Part shown: positions 25,324 through 34,748 of the stretch, one piece after another
How positions within the stretch are numbered: position 1 is the stretch's first letter
How the letters are laid out: every line of letters starts with the position of its first letter
From: a virus
Lineage: Duplodnaviria; Caudoviricetes
Virus record (IMG/VR): IMGVR_UViG_3300032212_000059
Coordinates: 1-39,546 of that record
Direction: 5' to 3' (one strand)
Length of the DNA: 39,546 nucleotides
Notes under the pieces: model-generated
Told to the model about the DNA's origin: nothing
The model's database searches: none
The model's input: the letters and a program-made list of their open reading frames with translations, nothing else
Program-made: the position numbers and the translations under genes

Positions 25324-26121
25324 TTATGAAACCAGCTTTAAATGTGACTGGCCATTTCTCTGTTTATCGGCTTGCTGCAATTCTGCCAGCCTCCCGATAC
25401 CTTTTTCTGTTACTCGCACCTGTGGCACCATTTTAAAAACAGTACGCCCATCTTTCTTGGTCCTTATTCGGTGCGTTAAATAGCCAGCATTCACCTTATC
25501 CTGATATCCTTCTTTAAATCGGGAACCACGACGCTGGAATATCCAGTGATTTGCCTTCAACCACTCAAATAAAATCCCCGGCTTCATTTTTAATACCTTA
25601 GCGACAGTCGTCACACACTCCGACCCGTCGATATCAAACAACTTTTCAAACCCATCGAGCTTATTTTCAAGCTCATCATTCTGATCAAGCAGATCAGCCG
25701 CCAAACGCATAGCCTCTGAATAGTTTTGCGGCAAATCAAACCCAGCCAGTGGATTTGCAGGCACCTCCTGAACAGGTTGCAACCCACCTTTGTGATAATT
25801 TAGAAAAACCTGATTTACCTGCAACTGAAATTGTGGACTTATCCAGCCCGCATAAGACACAGCCAATAACTCATGAGCCCATATACCCGGATTTTTACCA
25901 CCACGCTGTACCTCAATACACCCAGACTGCAAATCTGCAGTCTGGGTCTCCAGCTCCTCGATCAGATCAGACGCCATATTTGTCCTTTGCCATCTATTAG
26001 GCGCTTTATGCTCACCAAGCCCACTCGCTCGATGCAGCATATTCAAACTATACCGACCGCTCTCATCCGTCAGTATCTCAACTCCACAAATAACCGGATT
26101 TTCACTTTTAACAATATTCAT
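25324..26121 (-). CDS. ant: Phage antirepressor, KilA-N plus KilAC domains
   Basis: GRYSLNMLHRASG...YAGWISPQFQLQV (KilA-N); LPQNYSEAMRLAADL; VAKVL...LFEWL...QVRVTEKG (KilAC). Confidence 0.92.
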   Translation of the reverse strand: MNIVKSENPVICGVEILTDESGRYSLNMLHRASGLGEHKAPNRWQRTNMASDLIEELETQTADLQSGCIEVQRGGKNPGIWAHELLAVSYAGWISPQFQLQVNQVFLNYHKGGLQPVQEVPANPLAGFDLPQNYSEAMRLAADLLDQNDELENKLDGFEKLFDIDGSECVTTVAKVLKMKPGILFEWLKANHWIFQRRGSRFKEGYQDKVNAGYLTHRIRTKKDGRTVFKMVPQVRVTEKGIGRLAELQQADKQRNGQSHLKLVS

Positions 26122-26219
26122 ATTTCACACTCCTGTTTATATTGAACACTACTTAACATCGCCTTATTTCAGGCGAACGATTACAGCACCCTCTTCCGAG
26201 GGCTTAAAATTAGTCATTT

Positions 26220-26471
26220 TTACTGAGTTAAACTGAGCAATAGATGCGTCTTTTGCTCGCTATGGAACCGCATACCCGCACTTTCCAGCAAGCTCACCGC
26301 CTCCAGAATTTGCGCTTGATGCGTTTTATCACCACCCTTTCCGAGCATCTCGGTGAGTTTAGCCAATTTGCAGGCTATGCCACCAGTGTGTACCAACACT
26401 GGACTAGGTGTTCTTTTAGAAATAAACGGAATTACGTTGCCAGACTGGCTTTGTGTTGTTTGTTTGATCAT
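26220..26471 (-). CDS. Small protein between the C4-like RNA and ant (Icd-like position)
   Basis: AAAGGAG SD overlapped by the antisense target site. Confidence 0.65.
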   Translation of the reverse strand: MIKQTTQSQSGNVIPFISKRTPSPVLVHTGGIACKLAKLTEMLGKGGDKTHQAQILEAVSLLESAGMRFHSEQKTHLLLSLTQ

Positions 26472-26509
26472 GACGATCTCCTTTGAATTGTGAATTCACA
26501 CCCAAATAA

Positions 26510-26595
26510 TGGGTGACGGGAGGTTCACACCTGCAAAGGACAGGCCGCGCTATTTCCCCGAAGGGTCTTGTATTTACGCGACTCCCGACATAAAT
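26510..26595 (-). ncRNA. C4-like antisense RNA
   Basis: Closing stem GTCGGGAG/CTCCCGTC, internal CCC-TTCG-GGG hairpin, segment GTCCTTTGCAGGTGTGAAC complementary to sites at 26656-26672 and 26479-26494. Confidence 0.75.
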
Positions 26596-26610
26596 CGGTT
26601 TTCCGGACAT

Positions 26611-26646
26611 AAAAAAACCGCAATAATCAAATTGAATGATTAGCGG
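26611..26646 (-). terminator. Attenuator-type terminator in the C4 leader
   Basis: CCGC...GCGG stem followed by T7, flanked by the CGGACATAA/TTATGTCCG inverted repeat. Confidence 0.65.
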
Positions 26647-26687
26647 TTATGTCCGCCTCTGGAGGATGTGAAGCCTCATTAAAAAGA

Positions 26688-26716
26688 AGCGTACCCCTCA
26701 AATGCAGGCTTGTCAA
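26688..26716 (-). promoter_or_regulatory. Sigma70 promoter for the C4-ant operon
   Basis: TTGACA-17nt-TACGCT. Confidence 0.75.
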
Positions 26717-26790
26717 TGAGTCAGCGTTCTCATTGCCACCTTATTAAGCAATGTGCTAGGCTCAGAAAAAACAATTAAAAGGAGCTTGTT

Positions 26791-27177
26791 ATGCGTTATT
26801 TAGTTTTAGTTGCCGCTGCTTTATTGGCAGGGTGCCAGTCAATGCCCACAAAGCAACAAACTGATTCTGCCGATTACGGCCCAAAACCAAACAACCATGA
26901 ACAAGCTATTAAAAATGAACTATCGATTATTTTAAAAGATCCCGATTCAGCAAAGATTAAATACATCACAAAACCAAAGAAAAACTGGTATTTAAACCCA
27001 AAAAACTTCAACACAAAATTCGATTATGCCTGGCTAAGCTGTGCCAATATAAATGCAAAAAATAGCTTCGGCGCATATACTGGCTACAAAACACACGCTT
27101 TTTTTATAAAAAATAATATTGTGATTTACCACCAAAATGACCTACTAAACTCAGGCCGATTTATTAAATGTTTTTAA
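26791..27177 (+). CDS. Lipoprotein moron, opposite to the late operon (superinfection exclusion candidate)
   Basis: Lipobox LAGC; LKDPDSA...NAKNSFGAYTG motif; AAAGGAG SD; TTGCCA-18nt-TAGGCT upstream. Confidence 0.85.
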   Translation: MRYLVLVAAALLAGCQSMPTKQQTDSADYGPKPNNHEQAIKNELSIILKDPDSAKIKYITKPKKNWYLNPKNFNTKFDYAWLSCANINAKNSFGAYTGYKTHAFFIKNNIVIYHQNDLLNSGRFIKCF

Positions 27178-27179
27178 CA

Positions 27180-28865
27180 TCATCTCGTACCAAATGTCAG
27201 GTCGTTTTCGTTCATAGCACCCAAAATCACTGAGAACAATTTTCCACTGTTATTATCGACCCAGTTTTCTATTTGAGAATCTGGGTGCATATTGAGAATG
27301 ACACTGACGTTTTGATCCCCTCTGTTGCTTATATTTTTATTACTGATAATTTGACCGGAACTATTTGGCTGAAATAGCTCCATAGGATTACCAGCGCCAT
27401 CATTTACCTTATATAAACTACCTGCAGACACAGGCCCTCCATGTTCACGCGCGCCTGAAAAAGTACGCTTTCGAATCCGATCAATATAAACACCGGTCGC
27501 CACAGCACTAGTTGCAGCAAAAATACTTCCGAGTACAGGCCCGCCAGCTCTCGTACCAACCTCATATGAATTGAGAGCCGCAGAAGTGCCCTTCATCAAC
27601 GCATGAGATACAGCGGCCTTTTTACCTAATTTAAACTGTTTTCTATTTTGCGAATTCATCAAAGTCGATAAATTGCTCATCATACTTTGAGCTACACTCA
27701 GTCGGTCTTGCATTAACTGCCTAGCCGCTTCTGCCGCCTCTTTTTCCTGCGCCTGCTTAGCCTGAATTAGTAATGCATTTGCAGATAGACGAAGCACCAT
27801 CTCTTCATGCGCCTCTTCTTCAGCAGCTTTTAAAACCTTTTCTTTATGCAACCTTAAAAACGCATCGGCAACCGCCTGCCGTCGCATGCCCTTTTGTTTT
27901 TCGGTCTCTTCAAAGCCTGCACTGCCACCTGTCTCTGCCACATCATTTTTTATGTCTTTAAGTTTTTGGTAAGCTTCACCCAGTTGTTTTAAGTGCTCTA
28001 TTTCACCACCAAAATTTGTACGCCCGCGTGCTGCCGCATGAGCAATTTCATAGTTTACAGTCTTAATTTTTTGCAGGATGTCTTCCATTTTTTCAGCATT
28101 ACTAGCTGTGTCAACAAACACACTCGATACTGAAATTAACGCCGACTTTAATTCTATGCCGATGGTATGCGTTAACGTCTCCCATTTATCATTTATTATT
28201 TCTGCTTTTCGAATTAACTCTGAGTCCATGACAGCACCTGACTCTCGTGCTTTTTGCCTTAGCTTCTCTAACCCTTCTGAACCGTCTCGCAGCACATTAA
28301 CCATTGCTGCACCTTCTGTATCAAACGCTTTAAAAGCTAGAAGTAATTTTTCTTGATCTGTACCCGCACCTTTAATTGTGTCTGCATAATCCGCTAACAC
28401 TGCTTCTGAGTTTCTTAAATTTCCATTCGAGTCACGAATGCTTACATTATTGTCTTCCAGAACTTGGCGTAATTCACCTTGTCCTTTTGCCGCCTCACCC
28501 AGTCGACGCGTCCAGCGCTGCAAGCCAGTATCCAATGCAGTTTGCTCAACATTATTGAGTTGCGCAGCAAAACGGTATTCTTGTAATGCGTCTGTTGTTA
28601 TACCCAGTTTATCTGCTGTTTTCGCTAAGGCATCCGCATAGGCAACCGATTCTTCGATTTGATTTTTTATACCCCAGGCGCCCGCTGCAACCGCAATACT
28701 GCCTAATGCCTTGTTAACCGCCAGCCCCTTACGATTAAGGTCCTTAAATTTATTAGTTAAGCCTTCTGATTCTTTTTTTGTTTTAGCCAGCCTCTTGTCT
28801 AATGCTTCAAACGCTTTACGCGTGTCATCGCTTGCCTTAACTTTAAATTTTGCATCATTAGACAT
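27180..28865 (-). CDS. Tail tape measure protein
   Basis: 561 aa, helical and Ala-rich; follows the chaperones; C-terminal REHGGPV...Y.V...ELF.P motif. Confidence 0.92.
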   Translation of the reverse strand: MSNDAKFKVKASDDTRKAFEALDKRLAKTKKESEGLTNKFKDLNRKGLAVNKALGSIAVAAGAWGIKNQIEESVAYADALAKTADKLGITTDALQEYRFAAQLNNVEQTALDTGLQRWTRRLGEAAKGQGELRQVLEDNNVSIRDSNGNLRNSEAVLADYADTIKGAGTDQEKLLLAFKAFDTEGAAMVNVLRDGSEGLEKLRQKARESGAVMDSELIRKAEIINDKWETLTHTIGIELKSALISVSSVFVDTASNAEKMEDILQKIKTVNYEIAHAAARGRTNFGGEIEHLKQLGEAYQKLKDIKNDVAETGGSAGFEETEKQKGMRRQAVADAFLRLHKEKVLKAAEEEAHEEMVLRLSANALLIQAKQAQEKEAAEAARQLMQDRLSVAQSMMSNLSTLMNSQNRKQFKLGKKAAVSHALMKGTSAALNSYEVGTRAGGPVLGSIFAATSAVATGVYIDRIRKRTFSGAREHGGPVSAGSLYKVNDGAGNPMELFQPNSSGQIISNKNISNRGDQNVSVILNMHPDSQIENWVDNNSGKLFSVILGAMNENDLTFGTR

Positions 28866-29143
28866 CGATTATATCCATCGCCTCTATATAGGCATTTGGT
28901 TGTTGAAGTAAGGCGCCCGGCATGGGAAGAACGCCTCGTTTATAATGCTGATACAGCTTCATAAAATAATGAGACTCTGCCGTTATCATTGGTAGCAAAC
29001 AGGTGTTGAATGTACCAGCACCCGGTACCTCCTCTATAAAAGGCGCAGGATTTGAATCATCACAGTAGCGCTCTTTGCAGGTTTTGCAGTCAAAATCCTG
29101 TGGTGACCGATAAACCTCAATAGCAATAATTAAGTTTTTTTTT
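28858..29143 (-). CDS. gpT-like extension of the tail assembly chaperone, reached by -1 frameshift
   Basis: Not in the ORF track (no start codon at its 5' end). The -1 frame from the A9 run reads NLIIAIEVYRSPQDFDCKTCKERYC...LPMPGALLQQPNAYIEAMDIIDV and ends overlapping the TMP start. Confidence 0.85.
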
Positions 29144-29453
29144 GCGATTCACGAAGCTTGGTACGATCTATAATTTCGCAGGCCAGCTCTAGCAGATCTT
29201 CTGACTTAATATCCGGAGACTTACCATTCACAAATGTGACATCTTGCTTGTTTTCATCTTTTAAATTTGACCAACCCTGAAGCCCAAGCTCCAGCGCAAG
29301 ACGGTAGTTTAAAAAACCACCCGCACTAACATCCAGGTACTGCAACCCATCCAATGGCTGCAACATATAGACAGTTTGTTCGTTCTCTGTCAGCTCTCTT
29401 TCGCGTTCTAACACATAAGGAGATTTTGTTATTGAGGCTAAAATTGTTGCCAT
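29130..29453 (-). CDS. Tail assembly chaperone (gpG-like)
   Basis: Between tube and TMP; GLQGWSNLKD motif; ends CAA AAA AAA ACT TAA. Confidence 0.85.
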   Translation of the reverse strand: MATILASITKSPYVLERERELTENEQTVYMLQPLDGLQYLDVSAGGFLNYRLALELGLQGWSNLKDENKQDVTFVNGKSPDIKSEDLLELACEIIDRTKLRESQKKT

Positions 29454-29462
29454 AATTATTCC

Positions 29463-30401
29463 TTAAGTCCATATCTCGGTTTCAAAATCATCACCAGACA
29501 CATCTTTTGCTTCAAATGGTAGCTCGTACGTACGACTGCCATCACGATCACCCGGCGAGATATCCGTATAAGTAGCAGCAGGAAATTTCCGTTGTAGTCT
29601 ATTACCAGCTACCGTGCCAATGACACCTGTATCGATTAATAACGCAGCTCCGCCAACAAAGTCACCATAGAAATCATTAACTGCACCAGTAACCATCAAT
29701 GGGTCGAACGAACCCTTTGCTTCGAATGCTGTTATACCTAACGAACCATAACCATCATCAGAACTCATGTCTTTTGGCATACTGACGGTATTACCCGCAT
29801 CGAATGACAAGGAGCTTATTGTGGACGAATACCCACCCACAGTGAACGCAACACCTTTTGCCACCAACGGCACTGTTGTATCAAAGGTAGGTGCAACAAA
29901 AGCGGTATCAGTTGGTGCCGAAGTATGTCCTGTCATAGTGTATGAGCGAACAATAACGTTGTTTGTCTCATAGTTATCTGTGTACGTACCAACACAACCC
30001 GTCAAAATATGACGCATACCCTCATGATTGTAATAAATCGTTCCCGTTTCTTGCGTCGCATCATCAGACACTGGGTCATAAGTGACAGAAACACCAGCCG
30101 CAATTGTCTCTGCTCGAGCACACATTCGATTAAGCGCGCCATGCTCTGGTGGCGTACCCGCAACACCTGAACCTTTTAAGCGAACATCAAATGTCACTGT
30201 TTTCAAAAAACCACCAACAATAGACTTTTTACCCGACAGCGTTCCGGAGCCTATTTCGGCCTCACGAGTGATTAGATCTAAACCTTCAAGCTTCCAGTTA
30301 GGCTGCATTACCAATACCGCATCAGTACCTACAACCGGAGATGCATCAACACCTTTCACGGTTTCAACTTTTGCTAGTACATGCTCAATTCTTGTTCGCA
30401 T
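29463..30401 (-). CDS. Major tail tube protein
   Basis: 312 aa; LAKVETVKG, GSGVAGTPP, H.LTGC.G motifs; position after the terminator protein. Confidence 0.88.
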   Translation of the reverse strand: MRTRIEHVLAKVETVKGVDASPVVGTDAVLVMQPNWKLEGLDLITREAEIGSGTLSGKKSIVGGFLKTVTFDVRLKGSGVAGTPPEHGALNRMCARAETIAAGVSVTYDPVSDDATQETGTIYYNHEGMRHILTGCVGTYTDNYETNNVIVRSYTMTGHTSAPTDTAFVAPTFDTTVPLVAKGVAFTVGGYSSTISSLSFDAGNTVSMPKDMSSDDGYGSLGITAFEAKGSFDPLMVTGAVNDFYGDFVGGAALLIDTGVIGTVAGNRLQRKFPAATYTDISPGDRDGSRTYELPFEAKDVSGDDFETEIWT

Positions 30402-30546
30402 TTTTACTCTCCGTTACTTTGTCTTCACCATCAGCTGAATTAGAATTTTTTACCTGCTTGTTATCAGGCTCGATTACTGTCACACCACCCTTACGCGCTT
30501 TCTGGGTAATGCGCTCACGTGTTTTTTTCTCTGCTTGCTTTGGCAT
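30385..30546 (-). CDS. 53-aa hydrophilic protein
   Basis: Not in the ORF track; MPKQAEKKTRERITQKARKGGVTVIEP... fills the gap exactly. Confidence 0.6.
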   Translation of the reverse strand: MPKQAEKKTRERITQKARKGGVTVIEPDNKQVKNSNSADGEDKVTESKNANKN

Positions 30547-30547
30547 G

Positions 30548-30985
30548 TTATGCACTCACATCAATTATCAAATGTTGAAACTTCACTTCAAAATCAATTA
30601 CCGACTTCATAACCGTGGTACTGCCTTCACCACTTACTTCAGGCTTACTGATGCCTGTCGGCAAAATATCAGACACAAACGCAGGCAAACCCAGTTCACG
30701 GTCAGCCATAATCGCCTGGTAAACCTCTTTAACAATTAAATTAATCTGCTCACTGTAGGTGTTATTTTTTTTCACAGCTACCATCACAGACAACGTTAAA
30801 CGTGCATCAACAAACGTATTACCCTGCACTTCAACCGGTGTATATTCACCCTGCTCAATAGACAAACTATTGGCGTCTTCCAACGGTTCGTCACGGTCAC
30901 GAAAAACATTAGTACCTGTTGTCGTTAAACCCGTTAAAGCAGACTCAACCGCCTGCATAATTTGTTCAATTTTATTTAACGCCAT
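30548..30985 (-). CDS. Tail terminator (gpU-like)
   Basis: 145 aa; position and V...IMADRELG motif. Confidence 0.75.
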   Translation of the reverse strand: MALNKIEQIMQAVESALTGLTTTGTNVFRDRDEPLEDANSLSIEQGEYTPVEVQGNTFVDARLTLSVMVAVKKNNTYSEQINLIVKEVYQAIMADRELGLPAFVSDILPTGISKPEVSGEGSTTVMKSVIDFEVKFQHLIIDVSA

Positions 30986-31260
30986 TAGGCATCCTTAAGA
31001 GCAACACGACTCATACCCGTACCATCATCAACCTGATACAAATATGTATAATTTTTAGAACCCACCACCACTGGATCACCCTTAGCCAACCCAGCCGTAT
31101 CATCAGTAGCCATCGTCAACGCAGCACGCTCAACCAGTACATCATCTTCAAAAAACTCACCGTTATCGAAAATCGCACTAACAGGCTGGTCGTTGATTAA
31201 AACAACATCAGCGAATTCGTCGGTGTCCAGGAACACCGACATATCTTCGTTCATTGCCAT
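30985..31260 (-). CDS. Head-tail joining protein (gpFII-like)
   Basis: FLDTDEFA...AIFD...DDGTGMS. Confidence 0.8.
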   Translation of the reverse strand: MAMNEDMSVFLDTDEFADVVLINDQPVSAIFDNGEFFEDDVLVERAALTMATDDTAGLAKGDPVVVGSKNYTYLYQVDDGTGMSRVALKDA

Positions 31261-31838
31261 TAGTCACCAGTGTCTTCTTCAGTACCTGAATTTGATTCAG
31301 TTTCATCAGTCGACTCACCTACACCATCAGATTTAATGAAATCAACAGCAGCATCACGCTCTTCTTCTGTAATGCCTTCACCCAACACAGATTCAATTGC
31401 ATCAACACGAGGCAAACCTTCTTCTGTATAGAGATCGTCGTTGTCTTGATCCAGACCCAGAATGACATCGATGATTTTTTTCTGACGCTCAGTTTCCAGC
31501 TTTTCTTTTTCAGCTTTTTCAGCCGCTGCTTTTTTATCGGCTTCATCTTTTTCAGCTGCAGCCTTTTTGTCAGCAGCTTCTTTATCTGACTTTTCTTTTT
31601 CAGCTGCCTGACGCGAAGTTAGTTCTTCCAGATCTTCAGCCATTGATTTTGGGATTTCACCGTCATAACCGAACGCTTCACCGGCTTTTAATTCAATTTT
31701 ACTGGTGACTTCATACACACCTTTTGAATTATATTTTCCCAGCAAATGTTGACGACGCGCATGCTGCTTTTTAGTGAGTTTGACTTTGCCACCATGCAAA
31801 CGCACCACTGAATTCGCAATATATGTTTTCATTGCCAT
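31260..31838 (-). CDS. Hypothetical protein after the capsid gene, with an AEK-rich linker
   Basis: 192 aa, GGAG SD; C-terminal YTEEGLPRVDAIESVLG...ERDAA domain. Confidence 0.75.
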   Translation of the reverse strand: MAMKTYIANSVVRLHGGKVKLTKKQHARRQHLLGKYNSKGVYEVTSKIELKAGEAFGYDGEIPKSMAEDLEELTSRQAAEKEKSDKEAADKKAAAEKDEADKKAAAEKAEKEKLETERQKKIIDVILGLDQDNDDLYTEEGLPRVDAIESVLGEGITEEERDAAVDFIKSDGVGESTDETESNSGTEEDTGD

Positions 31839-31852
31839 TTTGTTTTCTCCAA

Positions 31853-31885
31853 TAAAAAAGGCGACCCATCAAGAGCCGCCTTTTT
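31853..31885 (-). terminator. Intrinsic terminator after the major capsid gene
   Basis: AGGCGGCTC-TTGAT-GGGTCGCCTTTTTT. Confidence 0.8.
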
Positions 31886-31906
31886 CGATTTATGAATAAC
31901 CGATGA

Positions 31907-32851
31907 TTAGACCATCGTATTCAAACAAGCATGCTGCCAGTAGCCATAACCAACATTACGCCATGCATCGACACCGTACTGATGAGCATCATTATCGAAC
32001 TCATACTCAGAACCTTCAGCTTTCGCTTTTAGATCCACATCGGTTTCTTCCTGACGAATAAACGGCTTAACATTGCCATCGGTACGCAAAGTAGCGAATT
32101 TATCTGTCCACGCAGACAAACGCGCATTTGGAACCACAGAGATATCAAAACCAGCTGGAATTGTCTGCTCAGATACACCTGTACCTACAGGCAGTGAAAT
32201 CGCTTTCGAAAAAACAGGATAAAGCGACATAGGAACCATAACCAGAAAACCAGTTGCGTTTTCATTCATCGGCTCACCTTGATCATCCACAAAACCCAGA
32301 ATAGCGGTAATTGATTTCATGATCGCCTGTTGCGCTTCTTCCACACTTGGTGCAGTAACTACACCGTGAACAGTCGCAGGCAAAGCAGATATATCTGTCG
32401 AGATATCATTACTTTGAACACCGCTATCACCTTCTTCATGATCCGTATCAAAGAAGAACTGACCGTCATAGCAAACCGTGGATTCACCATCAATGATCAA
32501 AGTTGATAATAAACTTGCCCAATGCGAGTTAGTCCGTTGTGCCAGATCACGAATACGAGCCATAACCTGACCGGTTTTATCACGCCGCATTTCTTTAACA
32601 AGCACTTCAATCGTTGCTTCAAAATGCAGATTTTCAATGGTAATGCCATTTTCATTAAAACCTTTGGCATTACGACCGCCAGCCCACTCTTTCATCGCAG
32701 GCGACTGACCTAGCCATTTATACTCTTCCAAGTCTTGGTCGGATGTGAACAACATAGACAACAATGCAATCCACGCTGCACCCGCATCCATTTCCAAATA
32801 TTTGTAAAACTCACCGATAATTGCACGGCTTGATAATGCTAAAGCACCCAT
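31907..32851 (-). CDS. Major capsid protein, Mu gpT-like
   Basis: EEYKWLG..P.MKEW.G.R, FEATIEV, CYDGQFFFDTDH, YGVD...NVGYGYWQ. Confidence 0.93.
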   Translation of the reverse strand: MGALALSSRAIIGEFYKYLEMDAGAAWIALLSMLFTSDQDLEEYKWLGQSPAMKEWAGGRNAKGFNENGITIENLHFEATIEVLVKEMRRDKTGQVMARIRDLAQRTNSHWASLLSTLIIDGESTVCYDGQFFFDTDHEEGDSGVQSNDISTDISALPATVHGVVTAPSVEEAQQAIMKSITAILGFVDDQGEPMNENATGFLVMVPMSLYPVFSKAISLPVGTGVSEQTIPAGFDISVVPNARLSAWTDKFATLRTDGNVKPFIRQEETDVDLKAKAEGSEYEFDNDAHQYGVDAWRNVGYGYWQHACLNTMV

Positions 32852-32862
32852 AATTGTTCTCC

Positions 32863-33279
32863 TTAAGCCAGAACTTTAAGCGCATCAAATTCGACAATGC
32901 ATGTAGTGCCAGAAACCCAGCGCTGTACATAACCGATCTTTGAATTTGCCGTTGAGGTTAGTGTAAAAGTGTCATCATCACTTGCATAAACCGCAGGGCG
33001 ATCATTTGCAGTAACTGCCGATGCGCCCACTACTTCTAGCTGCACACGACCACGGGTTTTAACCGTGACATTTTTATCACCTGCAGCACCCGCAGAGTTA
33101 TCTGCTTTACGTTCTGCAAAACCTAAGAATGGATCAGCTGCCACTAATGGGCGCGCATAACCCGACGCATTTTCACCAACAGCTGCACCTTCAAAAACAA
33201 TGTCAGATGCAATCACTGGATAAACTTCTTTTTCACCAACCTGGTAAGAGCGTGGTGAATCTTTTGCTAATGTAGCCAT
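32863..33279 (-). CDS. Head decoration/cement protein
   Basis: 138 aa between protease and capsid; DNSAGAAGD, VYASDDDTFT. Confidence 0.75.
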   Translation of the reverse strand: MATLAKDSPRSYQVGEKEVYPVIASDIVFEGAAVGENASGYARPLVAADPFLGFAERKADNSAGAAGDKNVTVKTRGRVQLEVVGASAVTANDRPAVYASDDDTFTLTSTANSKIGYVQRWVSGTTCIVEFDALKVLA

Positions 33280-33290
33280 TGATCAGCCCC

Positions 33291-33767
33291 TTATTTATTA
33301 CCAAGGATACGAACATTGCCTTTTGCATTTGCTTTTTCATATGCAAAATAGCTGTCGTAATCGTCATTAAATTCAGCACGCAGACTTTCATCTTTGTCCC
33401 ACGTCGCTTTGCAGCGCTCTTCAAGTGGTAGCTTACTGTCATCAACTGCCTGTGAATCATCATCGAGTGATGCACTCACATCAGCAACGTCTTTGCCATC
33501 TGACTGAAGATTACCCAAAGCCGAAGCTTTGTTTTTCTTCTCTTCTACCAAAACAGCAACTGCTGCCATTGGACCGGTTGTTTCGCCATCAAAAGCTAAT
33601 TTATTAATTAGCGCATCATGACCCGGCATAGCTTGAGAAAACACATCCTGAATGCGTTGACGTTCTGCAGTTGCACCATCAGCTTTCGCTGTGTCAGCAC
33701 CTTCTGCACGAAACGACTCAGCAATATCGGCATGATGTTCCTCGATATAACCTTTCGTAATATCCAT
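33291..33767 (-). CDS. Nested in-frame scaffold protein (Nu3-like)
   Basis: Internal ATG (MDITKGY) preceded by GAGGA after an acidic linker; AERQRIQ motif. Confidence 0.65.
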   Translation of the reverse strand: MDITKGYIEEHHADIAESFRAEGADTAKADGATAERQRIQDVFSQAMPGHDALINKLAFDGETTGPMAAVAVLVEEKKNKASALGNLQSDGKDVADVSASLDDDSQAVDDSKLPLEERCKATWDKDESLRAEFNDDYDSYFAYEKANAKGNVRILGNK

Positions 33768-34709
33768 TGAATCTTCCTCTTTGGATTTATCGTTAATATC
33801 AGCAGTTGATTGATCATCAACCACATCGTTTTCGCTTAGCTGTGCAACACCGGCACTGAATAGCGTTTTCACGTCTTGCCCTTCAGCAAGCGCAGTAATT
33901 AATTTATCGATTGACGAAACACCGTCCGCTAACCCCGCACTAATTACTTGTTGACCAATAAACAAACGCCCATCAGCCATATCTTCCAGAACCGTGCTCA
34001 CCGGCGCGTCTCTGAACAGTGAAACTTTTTCTACAAATACCGAATACAGAGCATCAACACCGTCCTGAATGGATGCTTTACCTTCAGTTGTTAAAGGAGC
34101 GTACTGAGAAGAAATACGTTTATATTTACCCGCATAAATTTCAGTAGTGACGTAACCCGATCTTTTTTCGGCCTCAGACACATCAACATGAGTAGCAACA
34201 ACACCAATTGAACCAACCGTTGTTGTATCGCCCGATACAAAGACGCAATCACAAGCTGCACCAAACGCATATGCCGCTGAAGCCATTAGGCCATTAGCAA
34301 AACCCACAATTGGTTTAGTCCCACGCAATTCAAATATTCTGTCTGCCAGCTCAAACGTGCCATCAACCGTGCCACCCGGACTATCAATATCAAGAATAAT
34401 TGCTTTAACGGAATTATCCTCAACTGCAATTTCAATTTGATTAGCCAGAACTTCTGTTGAAACACCACCAGATATTTCCATAAATAAATTCATACGTTTG
34501 GCAACCGGCCCAACCGCTGAAATAATGGCAACACCATCAACAATCTCGATATCTTTTTTCTGATTATTTAGCTCACGACCTAATCGAGCCTCGACACCAG
34601 CGATATCAATTTTGTCACCGCGCATATGTGTTTCATAAATGCCGCGAATCTCACGTAACATCTCAGGCATAATCGCCCAAGGCGCTGCCATTACATCCAT
34701 TAGCTTCAT
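33291..34709 (-). CDS. S49 (SppA/lambda gpC-like) prohead protease with nested scaffold
   Basis: LDIDSPGG, MASAAY, VGSIGV, AGKYK motifs. Confidence 0.93.
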   Translation of the reverse strand: MKLMDVMAAPWAIMPEMLREIRGIYETHMRGDKIDIAGVEARLGRELNNQKKDIEIVDGVAIISAVGPVAKRMNLFMEISGGVSTEVLANQIEIAVEDNSVKAIILDIDSPGGTVDGTFELADRIFELRGTKPIVGFANGLMASAAYAFGAACDCVFVSGDTTTVGSIGVVATHVDVSEAEKRSGYVTTEIYAGKYKRISSQYAPLTTEGKASIQDGVDALYSVFVEKVSLFRDAPVSTVLEDMADGRLFIGQQVISAGLADGVSSIDKLITALAEGQDVKTLFSAGVAQLSENDVVDDQSTADINDKSKEEDSMDITKGYIEEHHADIAESFRAEGADTAKADGATAERQRIQDVFSQAMPGHDALINKLAFDGETTGPMAAVAVLVEEKKNKASALGNLQSDGKDVADVSASLDDDSQAVDDSKLPLEERCKATWDKDESLRAEFNDDYDSYFAYEKANAKGNVRILGNK

Positions 34710-34723
34710 AATTATTTAGCCTC

Positions 34724-34748
34724 AAAAAAAGACCGCTATTAAGCGGCC
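34724..34748 (-). terminator. Putative terminator after portal
   Basis: GGCCGC-TTAATA-GCGGTC followed by T7. Confidence 0.65.

Noticed and set aside
26131-26150. LexA box upstream of ant (CTGTTTATATTGAACAC)
   Set aside because: Right half-site and spacing do not fit CTGT-N8-ACAG
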